A stretch of 63,972 bases of DNA, filler included, from Octopus bimaculoides (taxonomy: Eukaryota): the NCBI RefSeq assembly GCF_001194135.2. It is 5 parts of 5 records of this genome, joined end to end, with 100 filler letters (N's around TTAATTAATTAA, not from the genome) between each part and the next. Parts side by side here need not be neighbours in the genome. Positions count along the whole stretch, not along the records: positions 26,416 to 35,894 come from NC_069001.1; positions 35,995 to 55,948 come from NC_068991.1; 3 more parts are not named here. One strand, given 5' to 3'. This document shows, in pieces, positions 34,769 through 48,312 of this stretch. Under the pieces are notes generated by a model. That model searched no databases. It was not told the origin of the DNA and worked only from the letters and a program-made list of their open reading frames with translations. The position numbers and the translations under genes were made by a program. Numbering within the stretch: position 1 is the stretch's first letter; every line of letters begins with the position of its first letter.

Positions 34769-35507
34769 TGTGTGTGTGTGTGTTTAGTCTGTTCTGTTTC
34801 GTATTATTTTTGTAACTATCGAGGTAGAAAATATAAAGTGTCAGAAAATAAAATGCAGCAAAATAAAATTAGAAAATAAAGAAAACACCTTAAAAAATGA
34901 GAAACCAAATCAAAAACAAGGGTTAAATCAACAAAATTATTGTCCAAATCTCCCCCTCTTTCTCTTTCTTTCTCTCTTTCTCTCCCATGCAATACAAACG
35001 TGTGTGAGTGTGTTTGTATACCTACATACATATATGCATGTAATATATAAATACACACAAACACACACATATATATTACATACAGTGCATATATTACGTA
35101 TATTTTATATAAAATATATGTACGTTATACAATACATATGTGTATTGTGTGTGCGGTGTGTGTGTGTGTGTGTGTGTAGACGTTCACTCTGTTTTTGTTT
35201 TCTATATTTGTCTTTCAGACGGTTTTCTTCTTCATGAAACAAGATTCGTAAATATAAAACTCCCCTCCCTCTAGCTTTATCTACAATATACAACACCAGA
35301 ACAGTTGAGAACTTAAAGTAACAGTTTTAAAATATGGTAAATTAGGTTAAACATCGTTGAATGATATTTCAATAATAGGAATAAATATATTTACACTAGA
35401 ATATGACTGTGATGTTTTTGTACTTTGTTAAGAACAAGGATTAAAATATGTTGGTCGTGTATGGAATGGACTGGTTAAGTGGCGATATGAATGTTATACA
35501 ATATATA

Positions 35508-35551
<44 letters not shown>

Positions 35552-35641
35552 CGTGCAAATATATATGTGTACAATACATATATACATACATCTATATACA
35601 TAAATACACGTATTTTCTTTTTATATGTTAACATAAATCTA

Positions 35642-35844
35642 CATAGTGCGGCAGAAGTAACGCCTTTTGCAGTTAATAACTTTTATTAAGTAATTTTTTA
35701 TTGACCACAACTTTATTGCATCACTTAAAGAATCGAATAATAAACTAATGAAAAAAATCGCAGAAGATTTAAGAAATAAAAAGGAAACTCAATTAGAAAT
35801 TAGAAAACTCAAATGCAAAAGGGCGTTACGTCAGCCGCACCCTG
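35642..35844. mobile_element. Tc1/mariner-type MITE
   Basis: TA flanks; ~30-bp imperfect TIR CATAGTGCGGCAGAAGTAACGCCTTTTGCA / TGCAAAAGGGCGTTACGTCAGCCGCACCCTG. Confidence 0.8.
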
Positions 35845-35852
35845 TACATATA

Positions 35853-35894
<42 letters not shown>

Positions 35895-36029
35895 NNNNNN
35901 NNNNNNNNNNNNNNNNNNNNNNNNNNNNNNNNNNNNNNTTAATTAATTAANNNNNNNNNNNNNNNNNNNNNNNNNNNNNNNNNNNNNNNNNNNNATATAT
36001 GACATGATTCTTTCGGGATTCTTTTTGTT

Positions 36030-37075
36030 TCCGTCTACCAAATCTGCTCACAAAGATCGGGTTAGCCTGAGGCTATAGCATAAGACATTTTCCCAGCCCG
36101 GCACCTTGTGGTTGAAAAACAAACTTCTTGCCACACAACCACGAGTACGTCTAATTGAAGTTTTATGAAATACTGTTGCAATTAGCAAGTTCTGAAAGCT
36201 TGAAGTTAAAATATTGCCATAATCAATCATACCCGCTTTCAGTTCTAAATTATTGTCGATAGGATATAAACCAGTTACTGTCCTTAAATAATTAAAAATA
36301 TAAAGATATAGAGTGTTCTAGAGAATGTGATTTACTAAGTTTTAAAAATCTGAGCTGAATTAACTGGAATGGGTGGCAGAATCGTTAGCACACCGGGAAA
36401 AAGTTTAGCGGTATTTCGGCCGTCTTTACGTTCTGAGTTCAAATCCTGCTTTTTATCCTACCGAGGTCGATAGAAATGAGCACTGGTGTTAATGAGACCA
36501 ACTTTCGTCCCCCAAAATTGCTGGCATTGTGCCAAAATCTGAAACTAATATAAGAAAATCTACCCTTCTATTAATCCGTAGACTTTCCTAAAGTAACGTA
36601 AAAATTAATTATTAATTTAGTATTTGTCGAAAAGATTTAATAAAATTTGAATTATTGAAAAGTATATCTAAAAAAATTAATTAAAATAATGAAGTAAGTA
36701 ATACTATTTAGAGTAATATAAATTTATAGATGTTGACATGGCTGTGTGGTTAAGAAACTCGTCTCGAAACCATGTAGTTTTGGGATCAATGCTACTACGC
36801 TGCACATTGGTCAAGTGTCGTCTATAATAACCCCGGCCGACCATTGACTTATGAGTGAATTTGATAGTAAGAGTTAGTTGCATGTATAGATATATGTGCC
36901 TGTCTTTGAGTTTGTCTCCCTACTCATTGCTCGACAACCGATGTTTGTGCGTTAACGTCCTCGTAACTTGCGGTTTGGCAAAAGAGAATACGTATCAAAC
37001 GTCAAACAAGTACTGGGTTCAATTTGTTTGACTAACCCACGAGACATTGCTCCATTATGGCCGCTGTCTAATAAC
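36030..37075. mobile_element. Two oppositely oriented degenerate SINE A copies (36030-36140 minus; 36735-37075 plus) flanking a SINE B
   Basis: Recognisable head and tail motifs of family A on opposite strands. Confidence 0.65.
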
Positions 37076-37859
37076 CGTACATAAAATAGTTTTTTGTACA
37101 CTTCAATTCTTAATCTTAAAACCATTAGTCCCTGAATGAAAAACTTAGCACTTTTGAAAATTGACTTTCTTCCTATATAGCTGATTCTATTTTTACTTCT
37201 TAATGATTTTAATTATCTAACAGAAATTTATAATCTTTTATTTGAATATGCTGAAGAAAAGCTATTTAATCCCATTACTTAAGAAAGCTTTCCCAGTTAA
37301 TTGCTGTTCAGTTTTATGGTAAGGGCCAACAGTATAATTCAAAGAAATATTAATCTGTAGATGTTTGTTTTTATTTGAAGTATATATTTGGTCTTCCATA
37401 AATTATTCCAGGACATCAAGTATTCCAGCACTACCGCCACTGCTACTTCTATTTTTCTTAAGATCAATCATTTAGAAATGAATCCTATGATTGATTACGA
37501 GAATGTTTTAACATTAGGCCAATAGAAACCGCTAATTACTTTTAGTAATTAATTAAATTACAACCATAATTATGTAACTTTTTTTTTACTTAAAATGAAA
37601 AAGCAAGATTAATCCTTCAGTAATTAACTCCAGTGCATTTTAGAAAGATAAAGCACACCTTATTTGGAAATAAAACTAGCTTATCGCTTGTTAATTTCCT
37701 GCTGTATAACAAACAGATCATAGATAATCATAGATCAAATTTGTTCATTTAAATAAGGGAACAATCTAATTACTTATCAATACTACATATTAGTAATATT
37801 ACATATTACTTATTCAATTCATAATAATAAATGCTATCAGCACCGAAAAGCAATATTAA

Positions 37860-38715
37860 CAACATCCGACGTGTCGATCGGAACTTCTTGGGAAGTGTTT
37901 TCTTCCTGATAGCCTCCCATACAATTCCAAAATTGCTGGACTAACATACCTCAAAGAAGACCTGGAAGACAAAGATCTAGTATACCAAAAATAGATTATG
38001 CATGATTTCTCAAAGACGTGAAGATGTCACTAATATCCAAGAAAGTGCAGCCTTTCTTGGACTCGTGACTGCTTCAACCCTCCATCCCTTCGAAGCAAGG
38101 GATTGCTGCAAACTACCTAATAAACAAAAGAGACAGTAAAGACCTAGGAGACCTAAGATTCAAACGAAAATGTCGATTATGTGGAAAACAACAGCAGCTG
38201 CTCAAAAATGTTGTTAAGGTACTACCTCCCAATGCAGCCTGATGTGGTTAAAACAATATACATTGCCGTCCAGGAAAAACAAAGACTGTCATTGAATAAA
38301 CACAGAAAGTCATCCTGTTATTGAATATATACATGAACATCAACACGAGGAATATTGATGGTACTTTCTTGCCAAAACTTCTCCAAGTGCAAACATAATA
38401 AGCCGGATATCGTTGTTTGGGACAGCGATGAAAACTATGTACCGTCAAAGATGTACATAGTGAATATCTCTTCGAAAATCAAAAAGACTGCGGACAACTG
38501 CTTCGAAACAATCAACTTCAATATCCAGATCAGAAATTCACATTTATACCATTAGTGCGCTTGATTTTGATAGTAAATGCCTAAGTAACGATCTGGAACA
38601 GTTATGAATTTAGAAAAATAAATCAACCAATTAACACTCACATTACAAATACAATCTATAAGTGGAGTAGGAAAAATATTAAAACTTTTCTCAAGTTCAA
38701 AATGTGAAACTTTTG
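37860..38715 (+). mobile_element. Degenerate RLE-type (R4/NeSL-like) LINE 3' region
   Basis: KCRLCGK zinc-knuckle remnant, YYLPM.PD, SKCKHNKPDIVVWD (PD..D nuclease), LQIQSISGVGKILK. Same family group as 63408-63972. Confidence 0.7.
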
Positions 38716-39254
38716 TTATCTACATACCAAGGGTGGAGCTATGTATCTTTGTTAGAAATGATTTCAAATATTTAAAACTAATTGAGAAAATACATGCATG
38801 CTATACGTACAGATACAGACACACGCACATTCACACATCTAATCACACTCACACTTACGCGCATACATATAAATATGCGCAACGAAATCGCGCCTATGAT
38901 CAGGTCGCAATTGATGCAACAAAAATTTTGGCAACAAATAATCGAAGTTAACAGCCTTTGTGCGCTGTTTGAATGCCTAATACCTGTCTTCCACAATGTA
39001 ATTGCTTTAGTTTCAAAACATGGTCTCAGTTCAAATAATTTGCTTGGCAAGTACACCTCTAAAACAGATATATTTAGATATACACATATGTATTAATTAT
39101 GCAAGCAAGCATGCATGTATTTATGTATGCATGTATANNNNNNNNNNNNNNNNNNNNNNNNNNNNNNNNNNNNNNNNNNNNNNNNNNNNNNNNNNNNNNN
39201 NNNNNNNNNNNNNNNNNNNNNNNNNNNNNNNNNNNNNTTATTATTATTATTATT

Positions 39255-41938
39255 CCTTCGTAACACAGTGTAGGTAAAAATGCATCGCAGTCTTTAGTCA
39301 TCTGCCAAGTCACAACAAGGACCTCAGGCAGATAATACTTTCAAGATGTGCGCTGTGCCCAATAAGGCTGCTTTTCGTAAGACATCAATCTTGCATGGGA
39401 TTTCCAGTTGCCTTAAGAAGTCTTGAAGTTTCAATGGGATTGAGCCCAACGCTCCGATCACCACTGGTATCACATCTATACTACCCTCTCGCATTCCATA
39501 CAGTCTTGCCATTTCCACTTTCAGTTCGGATCACTTGGTGATTTTTTTCAACCTCTTTACTCACAACATTCATGTCATTTGGTATGGCTACAACAATGAT
39601 CTGACAGTATTTGTCTCTCTTATTCAATATGACAATATCCGGCCGACGGTGTTCGATTACACGATTCGTCTGAAAATCATAGTCCCAGCGTATCGTTACA
39701 TTTCCATCCTCCTGCATAACTTTACTTGGTACATGCTCATACTAGTTCCCTGTTACATTATATTGGTATTTACGGCATAAGAGCCAATGAAGATACACAC
39801 ACACACTTTATCGTGGCGGCTCTTGTATTCTTTTTGTGCAAGGCTTACCAAGACCCACTTACCAAGTGGGTCACATTTTCCACACTCTTTCCACAGAGTC
39901 TGCATTTCTAGGTGGCACAAGTTTTATAGATACTATATTTCACTGAATTGGTAGCAAGAGCCTGGTCTTGTGCAGCAATAATCAGGCTTTAGGTGGTACG
40001 CTTCAAATCACCTCGCTCAAGCCATGACCACGTTGCTGTATTATCCTTAACGTCTTCCTTTCAAACTGTCCACGCATTCTCATTTGAAGTTCTTCTTTTC
40101 TCTTCTGCTCAGCTCTTTGGTTAAACCCTTCCTTGCCCATCATTTCATCTGCATTTACACCCATATCTTTCGCGGCATATTGCAGCAGATCTTCATTACT
40201 ATTTATCAAATACTCTGCAAGCGTTCTCCTTTCACTCCTTATACAATAGTCTATATCAATTAGTCCTCTGCAACCATTCTTTCTTTTCATATACAGTCTG
40301 TTTACGTTTGCTTTAGGGTGTAGCCTCATGCAGCGTCATCAACTTTCTCGACCTTCTATCCAGTGTTGATATTTTCTCCTTAATGCATTTGAGCATGGAC
40401 CACCGCAACTGCCCAGATATTCATTGCTGTAATTAATTTTTTGGCATTCCAGCTGGAACTCAACACCATCTTCACCAATTTTTGATACGCCTCGCTGACC
40501 TTGACTTTCATTTCTCTGTGTAGAATGTCATCCAGCTCCAAAATCCCTAAATATCTATACTCACTACCGTTGGGTTCACCCATGGTCTTTCCTGATGGTA
40601 ACAGCAATCCTCTGCAGGCTGCTTTCTCCCCTCTTTTCATATTAAGTACTGAGCATTTGGTAATCCCTAATTCCTTAACGATGTCCCTGCCACACTCCTT
40701 GACTATTTTGGTTAAGTAATCTTTCTGTTTTCAGATTTCCCAAACAATTTCAGGTCATCCATAAACAGCAGATGGTTCAATAATGGACCTTTCTTCCTAC
40801 ATCGGTAACCCATCTTAACTTTCCTAAGAGTCTTAGTGAAATTACAAAAAGTAACGGAGAAAACGAGTCACCTTGGAAGATTCACCTTTTAGTATTACCT
40901 TCTCCAAGGAATACCTTACTTGAGTACAATTTGGTTTTCCACTCTTTCATGCTATGCATCCGAAAATTTGTGACGTTGTCAGCAACACCAAACATCTGCA
41001 GGTATTCAATGATCCAAGAATGAGGCACCATATCATATGCCTTCTTATAGTCAATCCAAGCCATAGACATGTTTGTATGTTTTTTACAATGCCTCAAAAC
41101 TGTTTTATCGACAACTAGGTGATCCTTGATACCCTGAGAACTCTTCCTACATCCTATTTGTTCCCTTGGTAGTATTTCTTCCTGTGCCAGGAAAGTGTAT
41201 GTCTTTGCCGCACATATTCCAGTGAGTATCTTCCAGATTATGTTTAGGCATGCTATGGGACGCTAGTTTCCCACAATATTCTCCTTTCTTCTGTCTTTCA
41301 TCTCCCAGTCACCGTCCACGCACGGACTGTTCCTTTCTGAATACATTCATTCAACTGGGCTGCTAGTCTTTCATGCACCTCGTACCATCTCTTCAGCCAG
41401 AAGCCATGAATCCCATCTGGTCCAGGGGCTTTCCAGTTATGTACTTTATCCACTTGTTCTTTCACGTCACCCGTACTTATAAAAATATTCCTTTGTTTCT
41501 TTCCGTCTTGTAATTCTGTCTTGATAGTTCCTATCCACATTGCATCACTTTTATGCACAACATTGTTTCACCTTGGCTTGATTTTCATCAGGAGTAACTT
41601 TTTTCCCATTGTCTCCATGTAACGTTCGGAAGAATTGCTTCGGCTTATTTTTGAACAATCCGTTCTCCTCGAACTGCTAATTTCTGTTCACAAATCTTCT
41701 GATCTTCTGGCTTTTTTGCCATGATCCTCTGTTTTAACTGCTCTATAGAAATACATCAAACCCGTTTCTACCATAATTTTTTGCTCTACCATTTTTTTTT
41801 TTGTTTTCTGAAGTTGTAATTTCTCCTCAGCAAGTAGTGCAATAGCTCGGAGAAGATTCCTTGTATATGTTATATCCTCCGTCTGGATATATGTTATGAC
41901 AGTATTTATCTTTTGTGTTACTTTATTTATCATACTCC

Positions 41939-41939
<1 letters not shown>
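39255..41939 (-). mobile_element. 5'-truncated R4/Dong-clade non-LTR retrotransposon in (TAA)n
   Basis: WKAPGPDGIHGFWLK, SMAWIDYKKAYDMVPHSWI, GIFQGDSFSPL, NHLLFMDDLKLF, YRYLGILE, LHPKANVNRLYMKRKNG.RGL, WDYDFQTNRVIEHRRPDIV, IPVVIGALG..LRKAALLGTAHIL. (TTA)n on both sides. Confidence 0.92.
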
Positions 41940-41983
<44 letters not shown>

Positions 41984-41996
41984 CATTATTATTATT

Positions 41997-42555
41997 GAGT
42001 GAGAGTGCAGTGCTTGCCATCAAAGTGACACTGGGGTAAAATATCCGAAGCCCAGTATACCCATCATGACTACCTGTCTGATAAAGACTCACAAGGCACA
42101 TGCATCACAACCATATGTGCGCGACATAGTGATCTTATATCAAGATAAACAGCGCATGACCGTGTAGGTAGGGCCCAGTTAGAATTTTCTTCAAGTCGAG
42201 TAGCCCATCCTGCTCAAACGGTCCCTGAATAAGGTTTGTTTAAGGATGATGAACAAAGCACTTGTGTTTCTAGAGTTGGATTATTCAAATCCCAAAGAAT
42301 TCCTCGCAACACATGGCTAAGATGCTCCCCCACTACTTTTGCTCGTGATCAGAGATGCAGATATCGTCAGCCACTAAGGGAGATGTTCAACTGGTTAAGG
42401 TCAAGCAAGTGACAAGCATATCTGTGGTATTGAGCAGAATATTTGCAGTAGGCCATCTTTTATACCAAGACAAAACAATGTACATGATAACGCTTCCAAT
42501 CAGTTAAGATCAGAAGCTATGGGAGTCACTGCCTGGTACTGCATCAGGGCATGTC
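41997..42555. mobile_element. ~560 bp non-coding interspersed element bounded by (TTA)n on both sides
   Basis: Complex sequence with sharp boundaries at (TTA)n 41940-41996 and (TTA)n(TCA)n 42556-42690; no coding similarity seen. Confidence 0.6.
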
Positions 42556-42679
<124 letters not shown>

Positions 42680-43166
42680 GTCATCATTATCATTGTATAA
42701 GTCGACGTGGTATTCGTTCAGTTAATATGTACATAAGTAGGTAAAGTACCATATATGGTCATATTTGAAACATTTATATGATGAAGAGTACAGAGAGTGA
42801 GAGAGCGGGGAGAAGATATGTTTTTAAAATAAAAGAGATGATAAGAGAGGGTCATAGAAGAAGTCAAGACATTATTGCAAGACTGAGATGTAGACAGTCC
42901 TGAAGTGCGTTTATTTTCACTGGGATAGGGAGACATCAAATGTAAGGATATTTAATTAAAATATGTGACCGTGAGAAAACAATTTCGTTTATATCTTTCG
43001 TTTATATCACCGTCGCTCTGTCTCCCTATCTTATAACTATCTACACTTCTCTAGTCTATCCATCCATCTCTCTCTGGCTCTCTCTGTCTCTGCCTGTCTG
43101 TCTGCCTGTCTCTCTCTGTCTCTGCCTGTCTGTCTGCCTGTCTCTCTCTCTCTGTCTCTCTCTCTG

Positions 43167-43201
<35 letters not shown>

Positions 43202-44774
43202 ATCTATACCTACCTACCTACCTACCTACCTACCTACCTACCTACCTACCTACCTACCTACTTACCTTCCCATCCATCTATCTATGTGACCATGTATCTA
43301 TCTATACCTGTCTGTCTATCTCTCTATTTATCTATCTCTCTATTTATCTATCTCTCTATTTATCTATCTCTCTATTTATCTATCTCTCTATTTATCTATC
43401 TCTCTAACTCAAACTAATTGATCCCGGCTGTTTTTATACATGTTTGTCCCACAAGCCTGCCAAGATATCCATTATACTTCACTGTGAAACACATACTCAT
43501 GAGGTTCTTTGCGTACATATGTGCGGGCATCTCACGTGTTTATATATATGTACGTGACTCTGTGTACGTGCGTGCGTGTATGTGTATGTATGTATGCACG
43601 CGCGTGCATGTGTGTGTGTGTGAGTGTATGCGTATGTGTGTATGTGTGTTTACATAATATATTTAAAGCTTTTAAAGGATTTAAGACTTTCACAGCTTAA
43701 GACCCAGAAAGATAATATCATAGCAGTCTGTTTCGTCACTTATTTTGAATTCTTTAACTTTGCAACGCGATATTAGCAAATGTAACTTTTTTATTTAAAG
43801 AAGGATTATAGTTATATTTTGTTGGTGTTGTTGATGTTGATGACGACGACAACAACGACGACGATGATGATGATAATGTTAATGTTGCTGGTGATGATGG
43901 TGCTATTTGTGTTGCTCTTGGTGTTGCTTCTTATTTCAGTCATTGACATTTTTTTGTTATTAATTATTATTCTGTGTGAAGATATCATCAAATCTTCTGT
44001 CTTATACAAAAAAATGTTAATATCTCATAAACATTTAATTAACTATTTCGCTCTTTACTGTTACCCCACCTCATTAATACCCTTATTACGTAATATAACC
44101 CAATTGATATTATTTACATAATTTTAAATTATACACATAATTTTACTGCTTTTTATTTTGTTTTGCGAAAATATTAGTTTTTTTTCCCACATATTTGCTG
44201 TTCTCTGTTTATGTTTAATGTTAGTTTTATATTTTGTGCTGTTGTTTTTCATACTTAATTTTGTCTATTCTAATTAAAAAAACATTTCTCTAAAGTAAAG
44301 ATTGCGTGTTTTAAATAAAGATTATATTTTATTTATATTTTTGTTAATTTTCAAAACGATATTTGCTGATTTTGCGTAAGAAACAAATTAACGGGAGTAT
44401 TTGAGGAGAACTACATTCCTGGTTTTGGTGGAAGATGCCTGGGCAAAATTGTTGATAGAAAGCAACTTGGTTTCAATCTTCCTGCAAACCTCAGTCATAC
44501 GAACGATCACAATGTGAAATTGTATCTGACCTCGAGTCACGCCATTCATTTCACTATAATGTAGTGACTGCCATCTTAAACAACGTGATCAAGCTTGGAT
44601 CTTAGTCCACTGTGAGAATGTCCCGCTTTCAGATCATGGAGACTGCTGTAGAACGGGATATTGATTGGTTAGCAAAATAAGGTAAACATACTGTTTCACA
44701 GTGCCACATTCGAACACTTTTCGGATACATTACTGAATTGTGTAGCAGCACAGTTCAACAGACAGCATTCGTAT

Positions 44775-45320
44775 ATATATATATATATCGGGTGCATCGA
44801 TAACCAGCTAGAGGAGGCTCCTCCTCTCCTGGGTTTAAAAACGGTAGTAACATCGATTCATACGGAACAGCCACATTGATGTGGCAATAGGCATTACTTC
44901 TCAGTATAGTTGATACCCTCATTTCTTATTGAGATGTTGTAACTAGCTACTTTGCTTGTTGCATGATAATTGACTGATTGTGGCTTGGTTTTCTGCATAT
45001 TGCGAGCTGGAACGAATTATTGCTATCTCTAGCGGACAGGTGTTCATCACTGAAAAGGGGCATAAATAACTCGAAACCGTACTGTCTGGTGATCCCGTCG
45101 TCTGCTAGAATATGATAGGGATTCGCTCTCTTGCTTACAATATATATCAGGTATAGATTGTATCGATAACCAGCTGGAGGAGGCTCCTTCTGGGGTTAAA
45201 AACGATAGTAACGTTGGTTCCCAAGGAAAGGCCACATTGATGTGGCGTTAAACAATACTTCTCACTATAGTTATTACTTTCATCACTTGTAGAGATTTTC
45301 TAATTAGCAAACTTTGCTTA
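44775..45320 (+). repeat. Hammerhead-bearing repeat family, partial tandem (about 1.5 monomers, period 361-366 bp)
   Basis: CGATAACCAGCT at 44798 and 45164; GCCACATTGATGTGGC at 44870 and 45231; similarity continues to TACTTTGCTTGT / AACTTTGCTTAT. Confidence 0.85.
45044..45092 (+). ncRNA. Type I hammerhead fold with G8A core change (probably inactive copy)
   Basis: UCAUCA-CUGAAAA-GGG..CUC-GAAA-CCGUACU-GUC^-UGGUGA: 6-bp stem I; stem III ACCGUACUGU is one change from the palindrome ACAGUACUGU. Confidence 0.7.
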
Positions 45321-45335
45321 TGTATGTGTGCGCGC

Positions 45336-45422
<87 letters not shown>

Positions 45423-45956
45423 TGTGCGCATGTATTTTGTATATGTATCATGAGTTCGATATTGTCTGAGAGTTGAGTTTGCACCAAGGGTTAGGGACTC
45501 TGCCCACCGACCGTTTGTATTTTGAAGATGATGGCTTTTGTAGTTTCGCCCCCAATCCAGTTGTTTACAGAAAGAAAAAGAAATCGATGTGTATGTGTAT
45601 CTATATATATATATAATATAAATACGTCTCTTTGACTTTTTCTCTCTTTCCCGTTCTTCCCCTAATCCTTCAAACCCACTGCCCCCTACCCCTCTCTCCT
45701 TCTTCCACGTGGCCGGTGTTCGCCAGCCATGATCTTTCTTTCTTTGCTTGATTGCCGACCGCCAACATCTCTTATGTCGATTTCCTATGTTCCTTCCTTA
45801 AGGATTTCACTTTATACACGCCAGCTCAATTTGATTCGTCCTCAGTCGAAAGACGCCTGTTGTTATATTCTTGTTGTTTGTATTTCTAATTGTGTAACGT
45901 GTTCTCCATTTCTTGTTTTCGTTGTCTTAAACATTCGCTTGCTTTCTTACAAAAAA

Positions 45957-46175
45957 TCTAATGCTCTTAGCTTAGACTTTTTGCGGGGCAACCAGACTGA
46001 AGAGTCTCAAGTGTAACTGCCCGAAACTGTAAGGAGATCTGTTAACTTGACTGACGAAAGAAGGCCACGAATGACTCGTCCTTTTTTCCTATCCCTTTCA
46101 TTGTTGTTTTTCCTGTCTGCTTTGTATCGTCTATCTGTCTAGATATTTTACTTCCTCTATTGCGTTTTTGTTCCA
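45957..46175 (+). repeat. Dispersed ~200 bp repeat, copy 2
   Basis: Aligns with 3316-3522; retains CTGAAGA..GCCCGAAAC. Confidence 0.8.
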
Positions 46176-46184
46176 TTATATAGA

Positions 46185-46560
46185 ACTCTGGTCAAATGAA
46201 ATAGGAATTTCATGTCATCTCTGCTGATTCAGTAATCTTTTCACCATTGTTGAAATTAGCCTGGAGTTTCTCGTAATTACTTAGAAGCTCTAGGATGAAT
46301 GTATATTCAATATTAGGAGATGATTTCTTTCTTCAAGTTCGTTATCAATTACGACACGATAAACTCTATCAAGGATATGATGCTGACAACCAACAAATTG
46401 TGGTTCTTTCAAACCCTTTTAAGCAAAAAGTCTTTGCAACTGAATGACAATGCCATTTCTTTTCCTAGTGTGTACACTCGTATCAGCGACAATCATCTTT
46501 ACGCAGTTCCATAAATTGTATTCATCTAAAACAACTCTAACAGTATCGGCTTTCCGTTTG
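46185..46560 (-). mobile_element. DDE DNA transposase fragment (hAT-like CxxH type)
   Basis: VKMIVADT...TRKRNGIVIQLQRLF..PQFVGCQHHILDRV..SPNIEY..RDDMKFLFHL; D..NTG..G and CxxH signature. Confidence 0.6.
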
Positions 46561-46974
46561 GTAATTGGAGTGCTGGTTATCAATACGTTTACCATCAAAA
46601 TGCAATGACCAGTGCATTAAGTCAGCACACCAAATTTGGTAAAAACTTGAGAAGGTACTATGAACCCCATTCGAATTTTGCATGGTTTGGGTCAAAAGTG
46701 GTGTTAGATTTCTTCAGTTGGGGCTGACGTCTTTTTAAAGATCTTAAAATAAAGGTTATTTTCCCTACTTCTAGGAAGTTGTTTACTTTCAAAAATAATC
46801 AAAATGTCATAACTCTAATATATATAAGTACGTATATATAATATAAATACATATGTCATATAATATAAATACAAATGTACATATATGTATATAAAACTCA
46901 AACTCCGTCGGTCACGAATAACCATGGGTACACCTAAGAGGTTCTCCTCCGGAGTACAAGTCTGGGCAGAAATG

Positions 46975-47262
46975 CGCCTCACCGGCAAACGCACAACATA
47001 GGGTTATTGTTTTTAAGGAATACCAGCAGTCGCCCGTGCCTACCAGCCTCCCCTCTCCACTCCGCCGATGTTATCCAAGTGAAAGGCAAAGGCCGATACA
47101 GCTTGACACCAGTGACGTTGCAACTCATTCCTGCAGCTGAGTGAACTGGAGCAACGTGAAATAAAGTGCCTTGCTCAAGAACACAACACACAACCTGGTC
47201 CGGGAATCGAACTCACAACCTCACGATCGTATATTCAATGCTTCAACCACTGAACCAAGCAC
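46975..47262 (-). mobile_element. SINE family C
   Basis: Reverse complement TGCTTGGTTCAGTGG..GAGTTCGATTCCCG..GTTCTTGAGCAAGGCACTTTATTTCACGTTGCTCCAGTTCACTCAGCTG. Confidence 0.8.
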
Positions 47263-48254
47263 CTTCACATATATGTGCATATATATATATATATANNNNN
47301 NNNNNNNNNNNNNNNNNNNNNNNNNNNNNNNNNNNNNNNNNNNNNNNNNNNNNNNNNNNNNNNNNNNNNNNNNNNNNNNNNNNNNNNNNNNNNNNNNNNN
47401 NNNNNNNNNNNNNNNNNNNNNNNNNNNNNNNNNNNNNNNNNNNNNNNNNNNNNNNNNNNNNNNNNNNNNNNNNNNNNNNNNNNNNNNNNNNNNNNNNNNN
47501 NNNNNNNNNNNNNNNNNNNNNNNNNNNNNNNNNNNNNNNNNNNNNNNNNNNNNNNNNNNNNNNNNNNNNNNNNNNNNNNNNNNNNNNNNNNNNNNNNNNN
47601 NNNNNNNNNNNNNNNNNNNNNNNNNNNNNNNNNNNNNNNNNNNNNNNNNNNNNNNNNNNNNNNNNNNNNNNNNNNNNNNNNNNNNNNNNNNNNNNNNNNN
47701 NNNNNNNNNNNNNNNNNNNNNNNNNNNNNNNNNNNNNNNNNNNNNNNNNNNNNNNNNNNNNNNNNNNNNNNNNNNNNNNNNNNNNNNNNNNNNNNNNNNN
47801 NNNNNNNNNNNNNNNNNNNNNNNNNNNNNNNNNNNNNNNNNNNNNNNNNNNNNNNNNNNNNNNNNNNNNNNNNNNNNNNNNNNNNNNNNNNNNNNNNNNN
47901 NNNNNNNNNNNNNNNNNNNNNNNNNNNNNNNNNNNNNNNNNNNNNNNNNNNNNNNNNNNNNNNNNNNNNNNNNNNNNNNNNNNNNNNNNNNNNNNNNNNN
48001 NNNNNNNNNNNNNNNNNNNNNNNNNNNNNNNNNNNNNNNNNNNNNNNNNNNNNNNNNNNNNNNNNATATTTAGATAGATAGATATGATGTAAACACAAGA
48101 AGAAATACGGGTAACTCAATCTGATGGCTTTTGTTACTGTTGCCATTGAAATAAAGAATTAAAGCGTCTCGTCTTTTCCATGGATTGCTATTGTCTTGCA
48201 GCCAGTATATCATTGCCTCTATTCTCCAATATCTTTGTTCTATATCTCTCTCTT

Positions 48255-48312
<58 letters not shown>

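Noticed and set aside
41688-42101. 137-aa ORF joining the 560-bp element to the Dong LINE through poly-N
   Set aside because: Read-through of an (AAT)n tract across two separate insertions.
41997-42555. HDV-like ribozyme at either end of the 560-bp element
   Set aside because: Could not find the nested P1/P2/P3 pairing by eye.
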